In this document: positions 40,564-52,042 of the stretch, piece after piece
How the letters are laid out: every line of letters starts with the position of its first letter
Numbering within the stretch: the first letter of the stretch is position 1
Source: Mobula hypostoma
Taxonomy: Eukaryota
Assembly (NCBI RefSeq): GCF_963921235.1
Contig: NC_086108.1
Location: 1,674,001-1,738,000, forward strand
Direction: 5' to 3'
DNA length: 64,000 bases
Notes under the pieces: model-generated
Database searches by the model: none
Told to the model about the DNA's origin: nothing
Seen by the model: only the letters and a program-made list of their open reading frames with translations
Position numbers and translations under genes: made by a program

Positions 40564-41162
40564 TGTACCGGTTTCTTCTTCGTTAAATTAAACTTAAAAT
40601 GGCTTCTTTGTTATGTTAATCTTCTAAACTGCTGCATATGTGGATTAAAATGGCTTCTATGTTATGTTAAATGCTGAGGAAGTCTGTAGCTAGAAATTTG
40701 CTTGGGTTAGTACAGACAGCAGGGTGCTATTAGTCAATGGGTGTTCATGTTATGTGATAATGCTGTCTGATATGACCGGGAACGGGGATTTTGGCGGGCA
40801 GTCGGAGGAGAGACGGAGAGGACAGCAGATGTGGGGAAGGCTCCGGTCAATCACTCTGGATGGTTCCAAGCCGCAAGTCGACGGGGTCCGGGTGGTCTCG
40901 AGGAACTTTCTGAGCTCCAACGTGTGCACAAAGAACTTGAACTTTGATAAGTCTGGCGCCTTTTTCCATTCCTTTTTTATAGACTTAGTGATATCTATAA
41001 AGTGTACTTGGTAAAACGTACTGTGTGTGCTGGCTGATGATTGACGTTTCGGACTGATTTCGGTGGCAGAGGTACAGCAACCCACCCAGCTGGTGGCGTC
41101 CAGGCGGGCGCCGGACGGGATTTCCCCTAGATATATACGAGCCAATGTAGCTGAGCATTACA
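40564..41162 (+). mobile_element. solo LTR (599 bp) with 4-bp TSD
   Basis: Ends are TGTA...TACA. ATAG is duplicated at 40560-40563 and 41163-41166. CpG-rich. The strand is tentative. Confidence 0.8.
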
Positions 41163-41980
41163 ATAGTATAAAAATACAAGAATCTTTCTGTCCTTTTGCA
41201 GGACACAGAACGTAGAATAGTACAGCACAGTTCAAGCCTATCGGCCCGACCTTTGAACCTATTCACCCTTCCTACATAGGCCTCCGTTCTTGTTTCACCC
41301 ATGTGGCCTATCTGAGTTTCTTAAATGTCCCTAATGTGTCCACCCCTAGCAGTCTGTTCCATGCACTCACTACTCTCTCTGTAAAAAGCTAAACTCCGAC
41401 AACTCTCCATGTCCCCTCACATCCTCCTTCGCTCCAAGGAGAAAAGCCCTAACTCGCTCAACGTATCCTCATAAGATGTGCCAAAACTCTGTCGAACTGA
41501 TGTTGGAGTTTCAGCAGTGTTGGGCAGCAGGCTCCCAGAAATAACAATATGGTAATAATCAGGTATTCTGTAGCATTAACGGCGGGCCAGATGGATTGAA
41601 AAGGCAGGGGTGTCAGACAAGAGGCGTGGGTCAGGTCAGTTCTGCTCGCTGCTCCGTAATGTTTATGTCACTCTTTACTGCGCTGAGGCCGAGGATGTGG
41701 GCCTGCTCTGGCTGTTCCAGGTTTCCTGTCTGAGGACTCACTTTCATTCTAAATACTATTTGCTTACTTTTATTGTTTGCATGATTTGTTTCTTTTTCTC
41801 TCTGCACATTGGGGTGTTTGTCAGTCTTTTTTATGGGTTCTTTTGGGTTCCTTTCTTTTGTGGCTGCCTGTGAAGAGACGAATCTGAAGATTGTATAATG
41901 TATACATTTTTTGATAATAAATGTATACATTATACAACCTTGAACTGAGTGATAGCACGGTTGTCATGAAGCACGGGAGT

Positions 41981-42067
41981 CAGGAGTGGGGGGTGTGGTT
42001 AAGGCGATGGAGTAGAAACATACTGGGGCTTCCCCTTCCCCATGCAGGATCGAATCCTGCTACTATG
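41981..42067 (+). pseudogene. tRNA-Ser(AGA) pseudogene
   Basis: GTGGTTAAGGCGATGGAGTAGAAA..TGGGGCTTCCCC..GCAGGATCGAATCCTGC-TACTATG tracks vertebrate tRNA-Ser-AGA. The acceptor and anticodon stems are broken and TTCCCC is duplicated. Confidence 0.75.
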
Positions 42068-42388
42068 GAATAATTGGTGTGAGTGTAACTTTAAGGACAG
42101 CACAGTAGCCTAGCCAATGGCCCGGATCAATTCCTGCCACTGTCTGTAAGGAGTTTGTATGCTTTCCCTATGACCATGAGCTTCAGGGTGCTCCAGTGTC
42201 TCCTCACACAGGGACCTGTCCATCTGAGGTGGTGGACACTGGCAAGCCCCTCGAAAGTAAAGCCCTCCCTACCAATGAGCACATCTACGAGCACTGCAAC
42301 AAGAAAGCAGCATCCATCATCAAGAACCCCCACCATCCATCCAAGCCATGATCTCTTCTCACTTCTACTATCAGGAAGAAGGTAGAGT

Positions 42389-42952
42389 AGCCTTAGGTTC
42401 CACACCACCAGGTTCAGGAACAGTTATTACCCCACAACCATCAGGCTCCTGAACCAGTGTGGATAACTTCACCCACCACAATGAGCCTCAGGTCCCACAC
42501 CACCAGGTTCAGGAACAGTTATTACCCTTCAACCATCAGACTCCTGAACCAGTGTGGATAACTTCACTCACCACAATGAGCCTCAGGTCCCACACCACCA
42601 GGTTCAGGAACAGTTATTACCCCACAACCATCAGGCTCCCGAACCAGTGTGGATAACTTCACTCACCACAATGAGCCTCAGGTCCCACACCACCAGGTTC
42701 AGGAACAGTTATTACCCCACAACCATCAGGCTCCTGAACCAGTGTGGATAACTTCACCCACCACAATGAGCCTCAGGTCCCACACCACCAGGTTCAGGAA
42801 CAGTTATTACCCCACAACCATCAGGCTCCTGAACCAGTGTGGATAACTTCACTCACCACAATGAGCCTCTGGTCCCACACCACCAGGTTCAGGAACAGTT
42901 ATTACCCCACAACCATCAGGCTCCTGAACCAATGTGAATAACTTCACTCACC
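42389..42952 (+). repeat. tandem array of about 6 x 95-bp units derived from a Rex1-type LINE 3' end
   Basis: Identical ORF starts at 42459, 42554, 42649 and 42744 (period 95). The unit encodes SLRSHTTRFRNSYYPTTIRLLN. Confidence 0.92.
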
Positions 42953-43626
42953 TACACGCTGAACTGATTCCACAACTTATGGACTCACTTTCATAGACCC
43001 TACAACTTGTCCTTGAAGGGTCTTGGCCCGAAACGTCGACTGTACCTCTTCCTAGAGATGCTGCCTGGCCTGCTGCGTTCACCAGCATTCTTTATGTGTG
43101 TTGCTTGAATTTCCAGCATCTGCAGATTTCCTCATGCTCAGTATTATTTATTTATTTTTGACATTTGCCCATTTTGCCTTCTTTTACACATTAGTTGTTT
43201 TCCAGTCTCTTGTCTGTGTGTAGTGTGTAGTTTTTCATTGATTCTCTTGTCTAACCCTCCTCCTTTTACAGCCGAGCCAGGGACTGCCCATGGCAGAGTT
43301 CCATCACCTTGATTTGAATCGGCTTTCTACACTAATCCATTTTATTCTCCCTAGGTTCCCATCCACCCACTACAGACTCTCTTATTCATCTGCACATCAT
43401 GGGCAATTTATGTTGGCCAGTTAACGTACCATCCTGCGTAGCTTTGAGACATGGGAGAAAACCAGAAAAGTTGAGGCTGCAAGTTCCACACACAACACCA
43501 GAGTCATTGGATCTCTGGAGCTGTGTGTCACAGTAACATTTCCCCTCTCTCCCTCTACTCCCTGTATTGCGTTGTACTGCTGCTGCGTAACAACAAATTT
43601 CACGACATATGCCGGTGATATTAACC

Positions 43627-44492
43627 ATAAGAACATAAGAAATAGGAGCAGGAGTCGGCCATCCGGCCCATCGAGCCTGCTCCACCATTCAATAAGATCA
43701 TGGCTGATCTGTCCGTAAACTCAGCTCCATCTCCTGCCTTTTTCCCATAACCCCTAATTCCCTTACTATGTAAAAACCTATCTAACTGTTTCTTAAATAT
43801 TTAGTGAGGAAGCCTCAACTGCCTCTCTGGGCAGAGAATTCCACAGATTCACCACTCTCCGGGAAAAACAGTTCTTCCTCACCTCCATCCTAAATCTTCT
43901 CCCCTGAATCTCGAGGCACTGTTCCCTAGTTCTAGTCTCACCTACCAATGGAAGCAACTTTCCTACTTCTATCTTACCTATCCCTTTCAAAGTTTTGTAT
44001 ATTTCTGCAAGTTCCCCTCTCATTCATCTGAACTCCAGAGAGTATAGTCCCAGGCGACTCAATCGCTCCTCATAAGTTAACCCCTTCATCCCTGGAATTA
44101 ACCTGGTGAACCTCCCCTGCACTGCCTCCAAAGCCAGTATATCCTTCCTCAAGTATGGAGACCAGAACTGCACACAGTACTCCAGGTGCGGCCTCACCAG
44201 TACCCTGTATAGTTGCAGCATGACCTCCCTGCTCTTGAATTCAATCCCTCTAGCAATGAAGGCCAACATTCCATTTGCCTTCTTAATAACCTGTTGTACC
44301 TGCAAGCCAACTTTTTGCGATTCATGAACAAGCACTCCCAAGTCCCTCTGCCCAACAGCATGCTGCAATTGTTTACCATTTAAGTAATACTCTGCTCTTC
44401 TATTACTCCTTCCAAAGTGAATGATCTCGCATTTACCAACGTTGTATTCCTTCTGCCAGACCTTGGCTCATTCACTTAACCTATCTATAACC
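43627..44492 (-). mobile_element. CR1 3' fragment
   Basis: Contains QRDLGVLVHESQKV and [15 protein letters not shown], with the tail cataagaacataag. Confidence 0.88.
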
Positions 44493-45698
44493 CTCACTTA
44501 ACCTAACCTATTAAACCTGATTCTGATACGGCTCAGACTTGCAGACTCGACCTTTGGGCCTCTGTCTCCAGATTTGTCCACTTTGGACCTGATGAGCTCT
44601 GGAGTTGAAGATCAAGTTTATTGTCATCTGACTGTACATATATACAACCAAACCAGACAATGTTCTTTTGGACCACGGTGCACCCACACAACATATATCA
44701 TAATCAACATACAACCCAAAATATTACACTATAAATAAATGAATAACATAATTCGAAATGCACGTAGTAGAGTGCACCACAGGAAAACAGTTCACAGTAA
44801 ATGTATTAAAGTACATAAACATCACCATATACATCCGAGATTCATTTTCTTGCGAGCATACTGAATAAACCCATAGAATAATACCCATAACAGAATCAAC
44901 TTGGCTGTTCAACCAGAGGGTAAAAGACAAAAAACTGTGCAAATACAAAAAAGAAAAAAATAATAATAATAAATAAGCAATAAATAACCAGAATGTGAGA
45001 TGAAGAGTCCTTGAAAGTGAGTCCATAGGTTGTGAAGATGGGGTGATTGAAGTTGGTTCAAGAGCCTGATGGTTGACGGGTAGTAAAAAGGCAGCATCTG
45101 TCATTGAGGATATCCATCATCTGGGTCATGGACTCTTCATGCCACTACCATCACACAGGAGATACAGAAGACTTAAATTCCACCAAGTTCAGGAACACCT
45201 CATTTTCTTCAACTATCAGGTTCTTGAACCGACCAGCACAACCCTAACCTTAGCTCAGCAATGGAATATTACTGACCAGCTTGTGAATGACTATCGGACT
45301 TCTTTATGTTTTGTTTTGCACTCATGTCATCTTTCCCCTCTTCACTGTCCTTTCTCCTCTTCACCAACCCTTCCCCTCTTTCCTATTCTTTCCTTTTTGT
45401 CATCCTTTCCCCTGCCACCGTCCTTTCCCCTCTTTGTCCACCCTTCCCACTTCACCATCCTTTCTCCTCTTCCCTATCCCTTCCCCTCTTCGCCGGCCCT
45501 TTCTCCTCTTTATCATTCTTTTCCTTCTTCAGCGCCGTCCCCCTCTTCACTGTCGTACATAATTTATGTGCAATTTAAATTCTATGTAATGTCTGTACCT
45601 TTGTGCCTGTGATGCTGTTGAAAGCAAGTTTTTCACTGTATGTGTACCTCAGCACACTTATAACTTGTGACTTGGTAATCCCTGGCTTCACACAGTAC

Positions 45699-45833
45699 CT
45701 TGTACTTATTGTAGATGCGCTCTCGCTTCTCTGGGTCATCAGGGTACAGCTCCGTGTCTTTGCGAGCAAGTCTCAGCAGCATCGCACGCTTCAGATCCAT
45801 CCCCAGCTTGGAATTCAAGTCGACTTTTGGCGT
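45699..45833 (-). CDS. MRPL28: MRPL28 coding exon 3 (aa 148-192)
   Basis: Encodes [45 protein letters not shown]. Acceptor gttctttag|, donor AAG|GTACTG. Confidence 0.96.
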
Positions 45834-45914
45834 CTAAAGAACAATTTGCAAGGAAATAAATGGCAGCTTTGTTGTGAAATGTAGAAAATACTCCAGGACC
45901 GACCCTGCACAGCC

Positions 45915-46320
45915 AGCACTGGCTCTGGGCCTACACTCAAAGGAGTTCAGGAGAATAAACAGAGTTCTCGTTGAAACCTATCGAATATTGAAAGGTCTGG
46001 ATAGAGTGGACATGGAGAGGATGTTTCCTATAGTGGGGGAGTCTAGGACCAGAGCACACAGCCTCAGAATAGAAGGATGTCCCTCTAGAACAGAGATAAG
46101 GAGGGATTTCTTTAGCTAGAGTGTGGTGAATCTATGGAATTCATTGCCCCAGATAGCTGTGGAGGCCAAGTCTTTGGGTGTATTTAAAGCGGAGATTGAT
46201 AGGTTCTTGATTAGTCTAGGTGTAAAACGTTATGGGGTGGGGGGAGGGAAAAGAACAGGGTTAAGACGGATGACAAATCAATGGGCTGAATGCCATAATT
46301 CTGCTCCCATGTCTTATAGT
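45915..46320 (+). mobile_element. CR1 3' fragment
   Basis: Encodes ETYRILKGLDRVD..RTRAHSLRIEG..VNLWNSLP. Confidence 0.82.
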
Positions 46321-46446
46321 CTAAACCAAGGGTTCCCAACCTTTTTTATGCCATGGACCAGTACCATTAAGCGAGAGGATCATAAGGGTTTCCATTAGGG
46401 ACATTTATTAGGAGCAACTGCATACACAGGGACCTTGGTATTATTA

Positions 46447-48085
46447 AGGATTGCTTCAGTATTCACTAGGGAAAAGGATCTTGGCGATTGTAGGGATGAC
46501 TTGCAGTGGACTGAAAAGCTTGAGCATGTAGATATTAAGGAAGAGGATGTGCTGGAGCTTTTGGAAAGCATCAAGTTGGATAAGTCACCGGGACTGGACA
46601 TGATGTACCCCAGGCTACTTTGGGAAGCGAGGGAGGAGATTGCTGAGCCTCTGGCGATGATCTTTGCATCATCAATAAGGATGGGAGAGGTTCCAGAGGA
46701 TTGGAGGGTTGCGGATGTTGTTCCCTTATTCAAGAAAGGGAGTAGGGATAGCCCAGGAAATTATAACCAGTGAGTCTTACTTCAGTGGTTGGTAAGTTGA
46801 TGGAGGAGATTCTGAGAAGCAGGATTTATGAACATTTGGAGAGGCATAATATGATTAGGAATAGTCAACATGGCTTTGTCAAAGGCAGGTCGTGCCCTAC
46901 GAGCCTGATTGAATTTTTTGAGGATGTAACTAAACACATTGATGAAGGAAGAGCAGTAGATGCAGTGTATATGGATTTCAGCAAGGCATTTGATAAGTTA
47001 TCCCATGCAAGGCTTATTGAGAAAGTAAGGAGGCATGGGATCCAAGGGGACATTGCTTTGTGGATCCAGAACTGGCTTGCCCACAGAAGGCAAAGAGTAG
47101 TTGTAGACGGGTCATATTCTGCATGGAGGCCAGTGACCAGTGGTGTGCCTCAGGAATCTGTTCTGGGATCCCTACTCTTCATTTTTATAAATGATCCAGA
47201 TGAGGAAGTGGAGAGATAGGTTAGTAGATCTGCTGATGACACAAAGGTTCGGGGTGTTGTGGACAGCGTGGAGGGTTGTCAGAGGTTACAGCGGGACATT
47301 GATAGGATGCAAAACTGGGCTGAGAAGTGGCAAATGGAGTTCAACCCAGATAAGTGTGAGGTGGTTCATTTTGGTAGGTTAAATATGATGACAGAATATA
47401 GCATTAATGGCAAGCCTCTTGTCAGTGTGAAGGAACAGAGGGATTTTGGGGTCTGAGTCCATAGGACGCTTAAAGCAGCTGCGCAGGTTGACTCTGTGGT
47501 TAAGAAGGCATACAGAGCATTGGCTTTCATCAATCGTGGGATTGAGTTTAAGAGCCGAGAGGTAATGTTGCAGCTATACAGGACCCTGGTCAGACCCCAC
47601 TTGGAGTATTGTGCTCAATTCTGGTCATCTCACTACAGGAAGGAAGTGGAAACCATAGAAAGGGTGCAGAGGAGATTTATAAGGATGTTGCCTGGATTGG
47701 GGAGCATGCCTTATGAGAATAGGTTGAGTGAACTTGGCCTTTTCTCCTTGGAGCGACGGAGGATGAGAGGTGACCTGATAATGAGAGGCATTGATAGTGT
47801 GGATAGTCAGAGGCTTTTTCCCAGGGCTGAAATGGGAAGGTACAGTTTTAAGGTGCTTGGAAGTAGGTACAGAGGAGATGTCAGGGGTAAGTTTTTTTAC
47901 GCAGAGTGGTGAGTGCGTGGAATGGGCTGCCGGCAGTGGTGTTGGAGGTGGAAATGATAGGGGTCTTTTAAGAGACTCCTGGATGGATACATGAAGCTTA
48001 GAGAAATAGAGGGCTATGGGTAAGCTTAGGTAGTTCTACGGTAAGGACATGTTCAGCACAGCTTTGTGCTGTAGGTTTTCTGTGT
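46447..48085 (+). mobile_element. CR1 LINE 3' half (frameshifted RT)
   Basis: ORFs 46435-47912 belong to the same subfamily as 9806-11392 and 62734-64000. Confidence 0.9.
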
Positions 48086-48496
48086 CCCTATCCTACCCAT
48101 CCGTCCAGCATCCTCTTTGACTTTCTACCATCAGGGAGGAGACAAGAATGGGCAGGATGGGAAACAGTTTCTTCCCTCAGGCCATTAGGCTTCTGAACTC
48201 CTTGATGCATCGAATTCGAAGTGTCACTGCAAGATTTGTACTGTACCTTACAATATTTAATTTATGCACCTTACTTTGGTTATTTATGCATAATTCATCA
48301 GCAGAATTATGTGTTATGTGTACTACTATGTTTTACACCCTGGTTTGAAGAAACACTGTCTCGTTTGACAGCATACATGTATATAGTTAAATGACAACTT
48401 GTCTTGACTTGTTGGGAACCTCTGGTCTAAACGAAGGTACCCACCTACTACTAAGCAAATATACACAGGATTCAACTCAAGGCCAAATGACCTGAC

Positions 48497-48649
48497 CTTC
48501 AGAATGTAGAAATCGAAGCCATAGCAAGCATCCACCAGATCCATTGTTCGCATCGTCACTGGGATGTCAAAGGTCTTGTCCAGGATTTCACTGTAAAGCT
48601 TCCGCACAAAGATCTGTGGCTTCCACGTTTTTCTGAGCCGAGTGGAGAG
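48497..48649 (-). CDS. MRPL28: MRPL28 coding exon 2 (aa 97-147)
   Basis: Encodes [51 protein letters not shown]. Acceptor ctcctctgcag|, donor AAG|GTCAGG. Confidence 0.96.
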
Positions 48650-50270
48650 CTGCAGAGGAGGCAAGCAGACTGAGGTAGAGCAAAAGTGCACAAGAGCTGG
48701 TGTCAATCAGAGACTGGGGTTGCACTTGTCATCTCTCAACTACCCACCCACCCAACTCTTCCTCTCAACCTCCTCTACTTCCAGTCTCTAGCTAGAGTTT
48801 AAATGCAGAGAGCGGGGATATGCCCAGCTAGTTAACAGGATGATTCTTAACAATGTGGCCAAACAGATAGGTCTTCTATAGACCCCTCAAAGTTGCCACA
48901 CAAACTAACAGGGTGGTTAAGAAGGTGTCTCTTGTGTTGGTCTTAATTAGTCAGGAGACTGAGTTCAAGAGCCGTGAGGTAATGCTGCAGCTCTATAAAA
49001 CACTGGTTATACTACACTTCTGGGTGGCGGTTGGAGATAAGATTCTACCAAAGGAGGTGTAAGGCACTCCTTCCATCCACTAGCCTGCAGGTCACCCTTA
49101 AGCAAGGTTTAGCACTTGCTTAGCCATCCTCCACCCTCCACCCCCACCCACGATCGGGGTCACGTGAAACCATGGGAGCAGGTAATGGATGGTCCTATGA
49201 GCAGCTGGTCCTGGTTATGTGACCACAGAAGCCAGGCAGACAATCTCTGAGGAGTATTGATCATGGCTGAGGGTCACCTGTTTTGTAAAGACACTGCCCC
49301 AGCAGGCAATGGCAAACCACTTCTGTAGAAAAATTTGCCAAGAACAATCATGGTCAACGTCATCCGATATGACACATAATGGTGATGATGATACCACACT
49401 TGGAGAATTGTGTTCAGTTATGGTCACCTCATTATAGGAAGGACGTTGTTATAAGACCTGCCTTAACCCCTCCCTCTAGCAGCTCATTCAATACATGGAC
49501 CACCCTCTATGTGAAAAAGGCTGCCCCTCAGGTTCCTACCATAACTCTCTCTTCTCACCTTAAACCTATGCCCTCTAGTTCTTGATTCTGCAACCTTGGG
49601 TAAAAAACTGTCCACATTCGCATTCACTATGCCCCTCGTGAACACAGAATAGTACAGGCCCTTCAGCCCACGATGTGCTGACTTTTTACCTTACTCCAAG
49701 ATCAATCTAACCCTTCCCTCCCGCAGAGCTCTCCACTTTCGTTCATCCATGTGCCTATCAAAGAGCCTCTTAAATCTGCCTGCACCAACATCCCTGGCAG
49801 CATGTTCCAGACACCTACTACTCTTGTGTAAAACACCTGACATCCCGCCCCCCCAATACCTTCCTCCAAACACCTTAAAATGATGCCCTCTCGTACTCGC
49901 CACTTCCACCCTGGGGAGAAAAACATTTGATCTATGTCTCTTATCTTATACATATCTAACCAGTCGAGGTGTAGCACGATGTCTGGCTGCTCACCCTCCC
50001 ACTTAATTTTTGAGGCGTGAAACATGCATTTGACGAGGACGAGAGCAGAGGACAGGCGGGTGCCTGCCTGTGTTTGACCTGTCTTCCTCTCCCTCTTGCT
50101 AGCTGCAGTCGGAGGTAAGTGCAGCAATCTTGGGATTCACGTTGCCAGGATTGATCAGTGGAGCTGTGGACTCATTTTGCCAGACTTTGAGGTTCATGTT
50201 GCACATGTCTGGATTCTGGTTACGATTTTTTTTGCTGTTTTTGACTGGTTTGATCGGAGCGATCAATGCG

Positions 50271-50630
50271 GACTGGGGCGCTTCGGCGAAGAATAGCCCT
50301 GCGGCGGACTGGGGCGCTTTGGTGAAGAATAGCCCTGCGGTGGACTGGGACGCTTTGGTGAAGAATAGCCCCGCGGCCAACTGGGACGCTTCGGTGAAGG
50401 ATAGCCCCGCGGCAGACTGGGATGTTTCGGTGAAGAATAGCCCCGCGGCGGACTGGGACACTTCGGTGAAGAATAGCCCCGCGGCGGACTGGGACGCTTC
50501 GGTGAAGAATAGCCTCGCGGCCAACTGGGGCGCTTCCATGAAGAATAGCCCCGCGGCGGACTGGGGCGCTTCAGCAAAGAATAGCCCTGCGGTGGGCTGG
50601 GGCGCTTCGGTGAAGAATAGCTCTGCGGCC
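50271..50630. repeat. CpG-rich minisatellite, 10 x 36 bp
   Basis: Unit GACTGGG(G/A)CGCTTCGGTGAAGAATAGCCCCGCGGCG, head-to-tail, with no indels. Confidence 0.95.
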
Positions 50631-52042
50631 TGCATTAGCAAGCGGCGCTGAACCGAGCAAAAATGAACACCACCGGACTCTGATTTGATGCTCAATATTC
50701 TCTGTGTTGTTCACTTGCTTTTCACCAATTGTGAAATTTGTTCTTTTTCACGCATTGGGTGTTTGATATTTTCCTGAACGGGTTCCATGGTGTTCCTGTG
50801 CTCTGTGGCTGCCTGCGGGAGGACAAATCTCAGAGTTATATTCTCTATTCATACTGTGATGACAAATGGATTTTGAATCTTTGTCCCTTAGCCCCAGACT
50901 CCCAGATCAATTCCTATGCTACAAGGAATAAATTTGTTGCTTGCTCAACCTCTCCCAATAACCTTGTCCCTTCACTCCAGGAACACCCTCTTCATGGTGG
51001 CAGGCAGCGTACTGGTTAGTCGAAGTCTTGTCGATGGGCTTTGGCCTGAAGCGTCGACTGTACTTTTTCCCATAGATGCTGCCTGGCCTGCTGAGTTCCT
51101 CCAGCGTTTTGTGTGTGTTGTACTGGTTAGCACAATGTAGCCATCTGTAAGATAAAGGGCTCAATTCCTGCCGCTGTCTGTAACGAGTTTATATCTCCCT
51201 CTGTTTTCCTCCCATGTTCCAAAGATGTTAGGGCTGTGAGTTGGGAGAATGCAAACTTGGCGCTGGAAGCATGGTGACACTTGGAAGCTGCCAGCAAAAT
51301 CCTCGCTGATTCGATTTTGATGAAAAACGACACATTTCACTGTATGCTTTGTTGTACGTGTAACAAATTAAGCTAATTTTAAATATTTTCTCTGCTTTTT
51401 TCAGCTTATTGGTGGTTTTCCTATAGCAGAGTGATCAAAACTCAACCCAATACTCAAGTCACTGGACAAAATTTTGAGATGGGGTGGGGGGGGTGGGCAG
51501 CACAATAGCATATCAGTTAACACAACACTTTACAGTACCAGCGATCTGGGTTCAATTCCCAATGTGCCTGTAAGGAGTTTGTATGTTCTCCCAGGCCATG
51601 TGGGTTTCCTCCCACAGTCCAAAGACATACTGGTTGGCTAGTTAATCGGTCATTGTAATTTGTCCCGTGGTTAGGCTAGAGTTAAATCTGGGATTGCTAG
51701 GTGGTGGGAAAGGAAAGGAAAGGAAGGAAGAAAGGGAGGGGTGGTTAGACGGATAGATATTCAATTTGGCTGAGCAAAGAGCTTCATAATGGGGGGAAAG
51801 AGAGGAGGACATGCTTGGGACTGGCCACTGCCCCGATGCTAAAAGTGGAGCACTACACATGACTAAAACTGAAGAGGAACAGTGATCTCCGTGGTAACAG
51901 TGAGGTAACATTACAGATGTAAAGAAAGGAACAAAGCCACACAGCAGTTTGAACACAAGGATAAAGATGATAAATACAAACAGAAAATCTTGGCAATAAT
52001 CAGTAGATCCAGCGGCATCTGCAGGAAGAGATAACTGCTCTA

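Noticed and set aside
42389..42952. Four near-identical 65-aa ORFs as a tandem gene cluster
   Set aside because: These are a by-product of the 95-bp tandem repeat derived from a LINE 3' end.
45330..45550. Pro/Ser/Phe-rich ORFs (also 34433-34727)
   Set aside because: These are low-complexity polypyrimidine tracts, not coding.
50271..50630. 36-bp palindromic repeats resembling CRISPR repeats
   Set aside because: Units are head-to-tail with no unique spacers, there are no cas genes, and the context is a vertebrate intron.
50099..50695. 198-aa and 104-aa minus-strand repeat ORFs as alternative MRPL28 exons
   Set aside because: They are open only because the 36-bp unit lacks stops. MRPL28 is complete without them and I identified no convincing splice sites.
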